NCBI RefSeq assembly: GCF_001194135.2
Contig: NC_068989.1
Coordinates: 91,951,082 to 92,015,081, forward strand
DNA length: 64,000 nucleotides
Reading direction: 5' to 3'
From: Octopus bimaculoides
Taxonomy: Eukaryota
Below are positions 27,142 to 38,659 of the stretch, piece after piece. Numbering within the stretch: position 1 is the stretch's first letter; each line of letters starts with the position of its first letter. The notes under the pieces are model-generated. The model ran no database searches and was not told the origin of the DNA. It saw only the letters and a program-made list of their open reading frames with translations. The position numbers and the translations under genes are program-made.

Positions 27142-27718
27142 CCATACAGAGAGAGAGAGAGAAACAGAGAAATGCAGAGGAAAACAGAGAGTGACAGAGA
27201 CACGGTGAAAGAGGAAATATCTATATGGAAACTCAAAGTTTTGCATAAATATACATAAGTATGTATTAATAGGCCATTACGCAGCATCATTGGTGTTTGA
27301 GGAAATATTTGATTAATGCTGTGAAGTACTCATTAATCAATCGATATGATCAATAATTAATGTGATATGAAACATGAATATCCGTCGTGTTTCTAACAAT
27401 CTAGGATATACTATGTAATTTTGCTTCACATTTACACTGAAGAATTTTGAAATATGACTTCACTGGAATTAGCTCTACTCGATTGAATTGAGTTTTCTTA
27501 AATACAAATTAGTAAATTTTCGGGATATATGTATATATTCAAAAATATACGCAGATAAACACACGAACAGATGATGGGTGCTCACTCGCATGCACACACA
27601 AAACAAACAGACATACATGCAAAAATATACACAGACCCGAAAGCATAATGTAACTACTATCCATATTTATCCACACACACATTTATGCGAATGTGCGCGT
27701 GTATAAATAATAACGCAA

Positions 27719-27762
<44 letters not shown>

Positions 27763-27851
27763 ACACATACACACACACAGATATATATATGTATATATAT
27801 ATATAATATGCATGTGTACATATTTATGTATATATAACATGCATATATATT

Positions 27852-27910
<59 letters not shown>

Positions 27911-28059
27911 TGTGTCTATATTTGAGTATTATCTTCTAAGGTTCAGTCTAAGAACTGCGGTCATACTGCAGCACCATTATTTACTTTGCTACACTCTCAC
28001 TAAACCTCCTTTGATATGTGACACTTGGTTGCTAAGAGATTTTGACGCTGCTGTCCTCT

Positions 28060-28990
28060 GTATTTTTTTGCCTAGAGGTAGATTCATCCGGAATTCTTGA
28101 CAAGATATCTAGTTTTGTTCTGAAAAAGCATACATCCATGCCATGCACGTCTCTCAGGTGCTGTGAGAGAATCTTGACGAGAAGAGCTGTGAGCCTTTGA
28201 AGCCCAAGCTGTCGTAGTAACTGGTCCTATATCCTGATGACAATGTTGGAACATTTGGTATCATGCAGTAGCGCTCCGTGCTGCTGTTTGTGTAAGTGAC
28301 AATGCTAAAGCTGGAACAAATTTTTCTAGGATTTTCCAGTTGCATATTACTGCATATCTTTCTCGCCTTCGTTCCAGGGAATAGAATCTTGACTCTTTCA
28401 ATCTCTCCCAGTAGCTAATATGACTCATTGTATCGATCTTCTTTCTGTAGTTTCGCTGGATTGCCTCGAGTTCCGTCGTTAATTTTACAGTTACGTGATC
28501 ATAGTTAGGAACAGTAATCCAGACGGCTGAGAACGAGAGTCATCCAGAGGACCAACATGGTTTCTATTTCTCTTGTTCTGAATGTTCGAAGGATCCACCC
28601 GGTTGGACGTCTGCATTTTATTGCCAACTTAGTAATGTGCACCTGGAAAATGCATCATTACTCGTGTCGATGCAGAGGTCATGTACTGATTTTGATTCAG
28701 GGATTGGAATTCCTCCTGGGCCAGTGTATCCTATCTGCTTTTCATTGAACTTCTTGTGTTGGTAGCGCAGGCCTTGGAATTTTCCCGCATTAAACTGCAT
28801 GTTGTTTTTCTCCCACCTGTATATGAGTACAACTCACGTTGCAGAGGCCCAACATCTACAGTGTTCTGTATGCTCTGGGAGACTTTTGCATCGCCTGCAT
28901 AGCTAGCAAGAGTAGCTACTTGAGCAGCTGAGGTCATCTCAGAGAGGGCCACTATAACGGTGGCGCCAGATGGACATTTAACGATGGACA
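28060..28990 (-). pseudogene. Decayed CR1/L2-type LINE, same family as 20.4 kb
   Basis: VALSEMTSAAQVATLASYAGDAKVSQ, NNMQFNAGKFQGLRY, GFKGSQLF...HLRDVHG; frameshifted. Confidence 0.85.
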
Positions 28991-29274
28991 TTTAACCCTC
29001 GTATGTTATTTTTTCTTTGCTATATATATATATGTGCCAATAGAGCTTGGCACCAGTGATGTCGCAACTTATTTCAACAGCTGAATGAACTGGAGCAACG
29101 TGAAATAAAGTGGCTTGTTCAAGAACACAACACTGAGCCATGCGCCTTCACGTATATATGTGTGGGTGTTTTTTCAAAACACTGTCTGGTTTAAAAAGCC
29201 ACATCAGACGCCATGAAAGGGCTAAGGTGTAGGTGCAGGGGGTGGTCAAACGCTGTTTAAGGAGTAGACAACCA

Positions 29275-29346
<72 letters not shown>

Positions 29347-30489
29347 ATGTGTGTGTGTATATTCTCACTGTGTAGAGTGAGACAATTCACTTTATGTTAA
29401 GATCTTCCTTCACCATTGGCTGCGGGATCTTTCATGCATTAAAGCAATACAGAAATCAAAATGACTTCTTGGATTCTTACAAAATGTCAGTTGCCTTTGA
29501 TTATTGATGAATGGCTTCTACTTGCGTCTTAAATTCAGATTTTGTTTTCGGAATTTGCTGCTGAAGAAGTCGAATTGCTAACGAAAATCATAAATAACGA
29601 AGTACACCAGTCAACAATGTTAACTTAGATAAGATATATTATTAGTGTCAACCTGTTCAGATGTTTCATGGGTGTTCGATGTCAGTAAAGAAGGAAAGAA
29701 CTGCGATATAGAGCTCGTGTTTGGCGGAAGACTAAACCTCGTTCAATGTAGATGATAGGTGTCTTATGCATGCTGGGAATATTTCTATTACAGAACGATT
29801 AGTTTCAAATTTTGCTTCAAAAGCAGCAACTGCAGGGCTAATTCAAATACATCGACCCCAGTGTTAAGCTGGTACGTTTTTCATCGACCTCGAAAGGATG
29901 AAAGGCAAAGTCGATCTCGGTGGCAGACGAAAGCTAAGTATTTTGCCAGAGGTAGCGATTCTGCCATCACGACGCTTTTTACAGAACGAACTAACAATAG
30001 CTTCAAGTCAGAGTCACTGTGGCTGCGTGGAGTAAGTCCTAATAAATTGAACCAGCCGTAAGCATCAGTGTCTACGTGTTGATGTCGACTTTGCCCTACA
30101 TCATTTCGATGTCGATAAAAATAAGCAACAGCTTAGTAGTGTGGTCGATGTAATTTACTTATCTCATCTACCAAAATCTCTGCCCTTGTACCAAACTATG
30201 AAATCAAATATTCAAGGCAAGAGTGAACGATGGCCTTATAGAGTTAAAAGAGAATTTCAGATGGCAAAAAACAGAAACAATTTTCCTGGCATCTGTGACG
30301 TTTAAGAAGATTATCGAAGTAAGCGAAGATGAGAGGACATCAAAAACTGCCAACATTGTTGTAGTTTATAGATGACATTATTATCATTTCAATTATCAAA
30401 TTAAGGAGACAAGTAGAAGCAATTCAGGTGAGATTGGATGAGATATTCTTGAAATGGCAGACTGTTGAAACTTACACGCTTTAGTCTGT

Positions 30490-30880
30490 CGTCTTTTACT
30501 GGTTTCAGTGATTAGAATGCGGCCATGCTGGGACATAACTTTGGGTTTAGTCGGGTATATCATTCGCAGTTCTTATTTAAAGACTGGTACTTATTGAATC
30601 AGCTACTTTTGCCGAATCATTAAGTTATGAGGACGAAAAGAAACCAACATCGGTTGTTAAGCAGTGATGGGTCACAATCGCAACGCAAACACCAAGACAC
30701 ATAGACATATATACATACAAATGTATGAATATTATGTACGATAGGCTTCAACACAATTTCCAACTACCAAATTTACTTATTAGGCACTGATCAGCCTAGA
30801 ACTTGCTCAAGTTGCGGTGCAGCAGGATTGAACCCGAAACGACTTGATTGCAAAGCGACCGTCTTAATCACCACAGTCAT
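30490..30880 (-). mobile_element. Diverged SINE family A
   Basis: Tail (gcggccatgctgg) and head (gaacccgaaac) remnants in reverse. Confidence 0.65.
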
Positions 30881-30957
30881 GTCAACACTTTTTGTGCATA
30901 TTTCACACATTTATTCTTTTAACACTTGCATCTTTACTTTCCTTCAATGCAAGTAGA

Positions 30958-31280
30958 GGTGCGCGGATCAGTGGTTAGGGTAGTCGACCTGCGATCGTAA
31001 GATCATGAGTTCGATTCTTAAAGGCGCCTTGTGTCCTTGAGGATAACACTCGTATTTCATATCGCTCTTGTCCACCGAGCTGGCAAAAATGAGGTGTACC
31101 TGAAAATGAAAGTGCCAACCTTGTCACATTCCATGTCACGCTGATTCTCCCTGAAAACTACGTTAAGGGAACGCGTGTCTGTGGAGTGTTCAACCACTTG
31201 GACGCTAATTTCACGAGCAGACTATTCATTTGATTGGATCGACTGGAATGCTCGTCGCCGTAACCGACGGAGTACCAGTT
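30958..31280 (+). mobile_element. tRNA-derived SINE, family B (CORE-like central domain)
   Basis: Head gcgcggatcagtggttagggt...gagttcgattc, then tgtgtccttgag..acact; 3' ttcacgagcag...actggaa...cgtcg..taaccgacggagt. Confidence 0.8.
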
Positions 31281-31984
31281 ATTACAATACATTTTATTTT
31301 TGCTTTTAAGCTACTCTAAAACGTGATTTTGTTCCAAATCTTATAATTTCACAGTTTATTAAATTATTGCTTATTTACTTACAGAACCCGAAATTAGTTT
31401 TGGTAATAGTTCCGTTTTACCTGTCATCTCTTTTGCCGCCTTCCTAATTAAAGTTCATTTATATCGATTCTAACTAAAATTTTCTTTTCGAGTTTTAAAT
31501 CATAACTTTTAATGTAATATTTTGTTTCTGTATTTGGTTTGCAAGCTTCTGGTTGTGAACTCTATGTTGAAACAGATTTTGTTTTTTTCTCAGGAGAGCC
31601 ATTATGCCAATAACAGACACACGCTTTGCTTCTGTTTCACTTTGATTTGTATTTGTTAATTGGTTTAATGTTTAACATGAACTCTACGCGTCAACAACAC
31701 ATGACGACTACCACTACAGTGTCCGCCCTATCCGTCACACTTCCTTTCCCAGAAGGACGTTTGTCACATTTGGATGCAGAATGTTTGAGCCCCAAGCAGA
31801 AGCACTGCTTTGCATCTAAAACGTTCGGGTCGACCGTCTGATGTAGTCAGCCTTCCTAAGAGTCGTGGTAGACTCAATTTTCTGATCCAGTTCAATCCAT
31901 CCGAGATGCAATTCTCCTTAAGTACGAGTAATTAATTTAACCAATTCAACGATTTTTTTTATTTAGTCTTATCCTAGTGTTAGT

Positions 31985-32640
31985 ACTTATTCTTACGGTC
32001 TCTGGGGCGAACAGATAAGTTACGGGGATGTAAACACACCAACACTGGTTGTGAAGCGGTGGTGGGAACACAAGCACAGACACAAAGACACACAGACGTA
32101 GATAGACATACATACATACACGCACATGATATATATAATTGTTAAAAAAAAATCCATATTTTGTGTGTATGTGTGTGTGTGTATTTATATATATATATAT
32201 ATATNNNNNNNNNNNNNNNNNNNNNNNNNNNNNNNNNNNNNNNNNNNNNNNNNNNNNNNNNNNNNNNNNNNNNNNNNNNNNNNNNNNNNNNNNNNNNNNN
32301 NNNNNNNNNNNNNNNNNNNNNNNNNNNNNNNNNNNNNNNNNNNNNNNNNNNNNNNNNNNNNNNNNNNNNNNNNNNNNNNNNNNNNNNNNNNNNNNNNNNN
32401 NNNNNNNNNNNNNNNNNNNNNNNNNNNNNNNNNNNNNNNNNNNNNNNNNATATATATATATATATATATATATACTACGAGCTTCTTTCAGTTTCCGTCT
32501 ACCAAATGTATTAATAAGGCTTTGATCGTCCCGAGGCTATAGTAGAAGACACTTGCCCTAGTTGCCTCGCAGTGCAACTGAACCTGGAATCATTTGGATA
32601 GGAAGGCAACGTCTAACTGTACAGTGACGCCTGTCCCTAT
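31985..32640 (-). mobile_element. SINE family A spanning a gap
   Basis: Both halves flank the N-gap at the central (TA)n tract. Confidence 0.8.
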
Positions 32641-32833
32641 ACAACTTCCCAGAAGACTTCAATTTTCTTTTCCTAATTAAACACATCTTTTGCATTAATT
32701 ATCACTCCACGCCTTTGCCCTTCCCTACCAATCTGGAGCTAACTGACATCCAATTAATTCACTCATGCTATAATCAGTTTACCTTTACACTTATCTGTCT
32801 AAGCGACACAATTTCAGATATTCAAATCGGAAA

Positions 32834-32891
32834 GCTTACGTTCAACTTGAACTTGCTTACGTTCAACTTGAACTTGCTTACGTTCAACTTG
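32834..32891. repeat. 21-bp tandem repeat (gcttacgttcaacttgaactt) x2.8
   Basis: Direct reading. Confidence 0.9.
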
Positions 32892-33512
32892 CTCTTTGAT
32901 ATTTTTTGACTTTTCCGTTTTTTGTCTTCATCTCACATCTTACACCCCCAGCGAATCTTCATATCCCCCTCCATCTCTTCTTCTTCTTCTTCTTCTTCTC
33001 CTTACCTCCTTCCTCTCCTTCCGTAGTTCTCAATCATTTCTTTTTATCTATCAACCCCTTTGATTACTATTGAATTCTGGTAGACTTCCATATCCGTTCA
33101 GTGTTTATAAACTAATTTTATAGAAACTTTTATCAAAATTCCTATTTTGTTTTTCAGATTTTAACTTGTGTAGGTACAACTATGTAAAATGTCAGAGAAA
33201 AATAAAACTGGAGATGCTTCTTGAAATAAATCTATCTAAAGCAAGATATTTTAAATAGATCCTTAATATAACTCTGAGGGTCACCATTTTATTATTTTGC
33301 TTGCGTGGATCCCAACAGATCTTACACAGACCACGGTTGAGAAGCCGTATCGACTCAACTTTTTCCATTCCTTGTCTTCTTGGCCTCTTTATTTGTCTTC
33401 TCCGTTTTTCCTCTCTCATTATCATCAGGCTTCTGAAACCGTTAACCTATTGTGTGCTGTAGACACCAACTTGAAATTTCTTTTTCACATAATTTAATTA
33501 CAGAAGTGTTTA

Positions 33513-33553
33513 GGCGCAGGAGTGGCCGTGTGGTGGCGCAGGAACTTGCTTAC
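33513..33553 (+). mobile_element. 5' head of a family A SINE, split by insertions E1 and E2
   Basis: ggcgcaggagtggccgtgtggt...aacttgcttac matches the family A start; the continuation is found only at 37359. Confidence 0.8.
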
Positions 33554-34768
33554 GATCGGCGCATGCGTCGCTAGTTAGTCTGTTGCTTACAGAGAGAGAG
33601 ATGACGCAAGTTTCGGCTCCTTAATAGAAAAAAAGAACAACAAAACTAAAGTTCGGAAGGTGAGTCGTTTTTTTTGTCTTCCGAGCTGGGCGCGAATTTA
33701 TTGTGCTTTCTTTTTTTCAGTAAGTTCCTGCCTAGCTCTGGGGCAATCTCGTCTGCCTTAGAGGTTTTAAATTGTAGCTCGCTTTAGCATGCAAAAATAT
33801 TGTGTTCCTCGTTATTGGATGACGTGTTCGAGCCGCCATAACGGCAGACTGAGAATTTTGTTGAAAACTTTTTATTGATTAAAATTCTGTGCGGCGTTTT
33901 TTCGCCAAATAACCTGTGCATTCTGGTAGGGGTGTTTGGCCGGAAAATTTGTACTCTGTGAATTTTACTCTGTGGAGTTTATCTAAACTGGGGTACAAAC
34001 GGGAAGAACCCTGACTATTGGATTTACCTGGCTGAAGTATTATACAGAGCCAAGGATTGCCTGTCTGTTGTATTTAAGAACATTGTTTTCTTTTTATTTT
34101 TATTTTTCCCCTCCTCCTATTTTTTCTTTCTTTCTAAATTTCAGTTCCCTCTTCTGTTTCTCATTATTTAAATTTCTGTTTCAAGAACCGACCCTCACCC
34201 CCGAAGATGAAGAATTATCTTTTTCTACAAGGGCGGGGAGGTGGAAAAATAGTAGAACATAAAGAGACAGTAGATATGGCCTGCACACGGGATCCCGAAT
34301 AGCTTCCGAAGATAGCTGTGGAGGTCATAAGGTGTGAGAAAAGCGGAGAATACTTAAAGAGGATTGTCGGATATGGTCGGTTGACCCCAACATGACATAT
34401 GCCTCGTACATGAATGAGAACTCAAGCGGCACTGAAGATAATGATAGATATGTTGATGGATATATCGATGAATAAGAGGTGAAAAAGCCTCCTTAAGAGG
34501 TTTGAAACCCCTTCTTATTTTTTTTATTTGTAGTGGTTTAAAACCTTAATTGTGTTTTTTAAAAAAATGCTAAGAGGTTTTAGTGCCTCCTTTTTGTAAG
34601 AGGTTTGAAACCTCATATTGATTTTTAAAAAAAATAGAATATATGTTTTTTGAGAAAAACCCAATCGTCTCTCAGTTATTCATTGTATGTCATTTCATTT
34701 TCATACATTGTGTTGTTCAGCCCGTAGCCAGTCTGTATATTGCTTTATTGCAAATATAATGAAATAGA
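33554..34768 (+). mobile_element. Element E1: internally deleted non-autonomous retroelement-like unit
   Basis: 5' region homologous to E2 (cgcatgcgt..., gtgttcgagccgccataacgg.., aaaattctgtg), C-terminal coding remnant EELxxFYxxGE..K.VE...TRDPE, and 3' end gcaaat...atgaaataga followed by the target motif. Confidence 0.7.
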
Positions 34769-34896
34769 GTAGCTTGCTTATGAACGACGCATGCGTTGTG
34801 AGTTGGTTTGTTGCTTCCAAAGTGGAAAGACGTGAGTTTTTAGCTCAGCCAAATGAAAGAAAAAAAAAATAACAAAGTCGTTAAGGTAGGCCTTTT

Positions 34897-35194
34897 GGAT
34901 CTTTTTTAAAACGGGGGCCACATTTTTCATTAACGAAACACTTTGAAACTTGGAACACTGGTAGAATGTGTCATATAAAACATCTTTTTCTCTTAGTCTT
35001 CTTAAAAAAAAAGGAAATCCATAAATTATTCCATGTTAAAGTTGTATTTCTGTAATTTCAACCAATCACTGACGTCCATTCAGCCGATATACATTAAGTG
35101 CCGACTACATAAACAAACGATTCTGAAACAATTAACCCTAACCCTAACTCTAACCCTAGGGTTAGGGTTAAAGCAAATTTAAAATGAAAAAAGC
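34897..35194 (-). mobile_element. TIR MITE with internal telomere-like repeats (partial, runs into gap)
   Basis: TIR ggatcttttttaaaacgggggcc; reverse-complement match to 50600-50883; (CCCTAA)n/(TTAGGG)n core at ~35135-35170. Confidence 0.85.
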
Positions 35195-36237
35195 NNNNNN
35201 NNNNNNNNNNNNNNNNNNNNNNNNNNNNNNNNNNNNNNNNNNNNNNNNNNNNNNNNNNNNNNNNNNNNNNNNNNNNNNNNNNNNNNNNNNNNNNNNNNNN
35301 NNNNNNNNNNNNNNNNNNNNNNNNNNNNNNNNNNNNNNNNNNNNNNNNNNNNNNNNNNNNNNNNNNNNNNNNNNNNNNNNNNNNNNNNNNNNNNNNNNNN
35401 NNNNNNNNNNNNNNNNNNNNNNNNNNNNNNNNNNNNNNNNNNNNNNNNNNNNNNNNNNNTGCCTAGCACTGGAGGCAACTTCGTCTCCTGGTGGCGACTT
35501 CAAATTGTGGGTCGCTTCAGCGAGTAAACGTATCTTGCTTCTCGTTCGTCGTTATTGGTGGCCGTGTTCGAGCCGCCATAACGGTGGACTGAGAATTTTG
35601 TTGAATACTCTTTTTGAGTAAAATTCTGTGTGGCATTTTTTCGCCAAATAACTTGTACATTTAGGTGGGCGTATTTCGCCAGATAAATTTATACTGTGTG
35701 GATTTTTCCTTGTGGAGTTTACCTAACTGGAGTACAAACGAGAAGAATCCTCACTATTGGATTTCCTTCGCTTTGAGCTGCGTGAATAAGAAAAATAAGA
35801 GACTGACTGCAGGTAAGATTTTTTTTTCTTAGTTTGGTTGGGATTTATTGTTGTGTTATTTTTAATAGATACCTGCTAAACTCGAAACATTTTTGTCTGC
35901 TTGTGGTGAGTCTAGTTGTAGTCACTTTTTAGTGAGTTAACAATTTTGGGGGTTTGTTTTGGTGGGCGTATCTCGCCACACAAATATTGTTTCTGTACCT
36001 TCTCTACTGAAATTCCTGCCTCGGAGTACCTGGTTTGCTGCAGTTCTGCTTGGGAATACCTGGTTTTGCTGTTGCTACCAAGTTCCAGTTTGGGTCAGGA
36101 GTACTTGTGGCCAGAAGAGTCTGTTCGTCGTATCTTTTTTTTGTTTTTTCTGAACTGTTTTCTCTTCTCCCGTTTACTTCAAAGACTTTCTTTTAACTAT
36201 CTCTCTGAACTGTCTTTTGTTTTGTTTTTTTTCTAAC

Positions 36238-37160
36238 ATGATGGACAAAAAGAACAAGAGAAGCACTGCTTAAACAGCAAGAGAAGACGGTGGTGTTGAG
36301 AAAGTTCTCGACGCCATTGCCGTTTTCTCCTAGCAGGAAATTGAAAAGGAGTTAGCAGACTGTCAACTGTGAAGTTTAATACCCGGGGTGTCGAATATGC
36401 AACGATTTGGTTGCTATTTGACACTCCAGAGGAGGCTTGTATTTTTGAGAGCCAGCCCCTGGAGAGCAATACAATTCTATGTCTTCCAATGTATTGTGGG
36501 AGGAAATTGACGAGGGCTTGGGTCTGCGGGCTGACACCCAATATAGAAGCAGGGTTGATACATGCCACTGTCTGCCAGTGTCTGGGTGGCAGCAGCGCCA
36601 AGCTCCTCAGTGTAAAGCTGTTACCTGTGGCTGATTGGTTGCTCACCGAAGGATTCTAGGGCAGAGTGAGGGGAGATGGATCTCCCGGTTACGGAGGAAA
36701 CCTACCCTTCTTCAGTAAAAAAGAATAAAGAGGAAGAAAAGAAACGGGACATTGCCGGAAGTCGGTAACACAATACCGACATATCCCAGAACTTCGTCGG
36801 TAGTAATTGTGCCATCGACGGTGGAAGGGATGACCCCGCTCCTTAAAGGAGAAGAATTATTAGTCTTCTACAGGGACGGGGAACTGAAAGTGGTGGAGAA
36901 GCACCAAGAGGGAGCAGTTCTGGCCGGCATACGGGATCCTGAATGACCTCCGCAGATAGCTGCGGAGGCCATAAAGGCGTCTGTGGTCCAAAGGCTGTAG
37001 GAACTCAGACAGGAGTATCGCTTATGGCCGGGTGGTACCGGTACGTCACACTCTTTATGCTTGAGTGAGTCGTGGGAAATGGCGGGGCACGGGGTCAGAA
37101 GCGATACTGAATTTGAAGATGTTGAAGAAGAGGACTACGGGCAATAGGTAGGAAAACCTC
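36238..37160 (+). pseudogene. Frameshifted ORF of E2, putative LINE ORF1/RRM-like protein
   Basis: Reconstructed MMDK/RTREALLKQQEKTVVLRKFS.../VKFNTRGVEYATIWLLFDTPEEACIFESQPLESNTILCLPMYCGRKLTRAWVCGL.../EELLVFYRDGELKVVEKHQ...RDPE; C-terminal part conserved with E1 at protein level. The ORF1 assignment is inference. Confidence 0.45.
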
Positions 37161-37358
37161 GTCATTGTAAAATGATTAGAGGTTTGAAACCTAGTGCTGT
37201 TTATTCTAAAAAAGAACATTTTTTTTTGTGGAGACGGCGGTCGGTGGGCGCGGTTCGTTTCCCTCATTAATATTTTTATATTCATTTCATCCCATTAATG
37301 TAAGAGTCCAGCCCGCAGTTACTCTGTCATACCGCTATGGCAAATTGTATGAAATAAA

Positions 37359-37496
37359 GTAGCTTACTTCCCAACCACGTGGTTCCGGGTTCAGTCCCAT
37401 TGCACGGCACCTTGTGCAAGTGTCTTCTTCTATAGCCTCGGGTCGACCAAAGCCTTGTGAGTGGATTTGGTAGTCGGAAACTGAAAGAAGCCAGTC

Positions 37497-37550
<54 letters not shown>

Positions 37551-37760
37551 TGGTGTATCTGTGTTTGTCCCCATCCAGCATCGCTTGACAACCGATGCTG
37601 GTGTGCTTACGTTCCCCTAATTTAACGGTTCTGCAAAAGACACCCATAAAATAAGTAGTAGGCTTGCAAAGAATAAGTCCTGCGGTCGATTTGCTCGATT
37701 AAAGGCTGTGCTCTAGCATGGCCGCAGTCGAATGACTGAAACAAGTAAAATAATAAAAGA
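37359..37760 (+). mobile_element. Remainder of the split family A SINE
   Basis: Resumes gtagcttacttcccaaccacgtggttccgggttcagtccc... through the full tail. Confidence 0.9.
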
Positions 37761-38606
37761 ATACATCTTCATTTGTTCTTTTATTCTTTCATTAAAATCC
37801 ATTCATAAACTAGAATTTCTAGTTCTTTCTACTCTAACGAACACTATTTACTATATTTAGATTTAAAACAGTTATTAGTGCATCGTACGTAGTGTTACTA
37901 TATCGTGTGAGGCAAAAATGCTGTTTTACATACGCAAAAAGAATGTCATATGAACGCACTGTGTTAAAAAGTATTTGTGAAAGGCAGACGAAAGTCGTTC
38001 TAGCATCAGCTGTTGAAATTGCTAGCTGACTTTTTTTTGTTAGATTGTAACAGTAGCATATGCTCGTTGTCAAACGCATTCCAAGACGTGATATGTCGCC
38101 AACAATATAAAACTGCAAATAATCACGGATGTAGCAAATAGCTGCCAAGCTGAATCCGGATTCAAATAACCATTTGTATATCATACTGAATGTTAATACC
38201 TCGTAAATGGCAAAGGAGAAACTCGTAAATATGGTTTCGGATTTGTTGCCAGGAATATATGGGTGCGGGCATGAGTGTACGCACGAGCGAGCGTGAAGCT
38301 ACGCGTCCTGGTCACTAGGATGTCGCAAGCACTATAGCAAGATCGGCAGCGCATTGTACTTTTGAACAAAGCACGTCATCTTATAGGTCTCCAACCCACA
38401 CAGCTGTCGATCGGTCAACGTTCCTAGCTGGAGTTCCTAGCTTGGTGGGTGGCATCACTCGAAAGCTGAAACAATTCGAAGAGCATATTGTGAGCAATGC
38501 TCTGTATCACATCCGATAGCCTAGTCAAGGAGCAATATCTATCTATTTATCTATCTCTCTATCTATCCATTTGTATGTGTGTGTGTGTGTAAGTATGTAT
38601 GTATGT

Positions 38607-38659
<53 letters not shown>

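Larger units (their letters stand above)
34782..37358 (+). mobile_element. Element E2: RT-less retroelement-like unit with a decayed ORF1-like reading frame; carries a MITE insertion
   Basis: Same 5' and 3' ends as E1; bounded by gtagcttgctta (34769) and gtagcttacttc (37359); no RT or endonuclease motifs seen outside the gap. Confidence 0.7.

Noticed and set aside
29500-29610. Short protein-like frames on both strands (ILFSEFAAEEVELL / AIRLLQQQIPKTKSEF)
   Set aside because: No recognisable family and no consistent partner exons; cannot be told from chance.
35130-35172. Ancient telomere-telomere chromosome fusion site
   Set aside because: The repeats lie inside a MITE whose second copy (50330-50883) has the same flanks.
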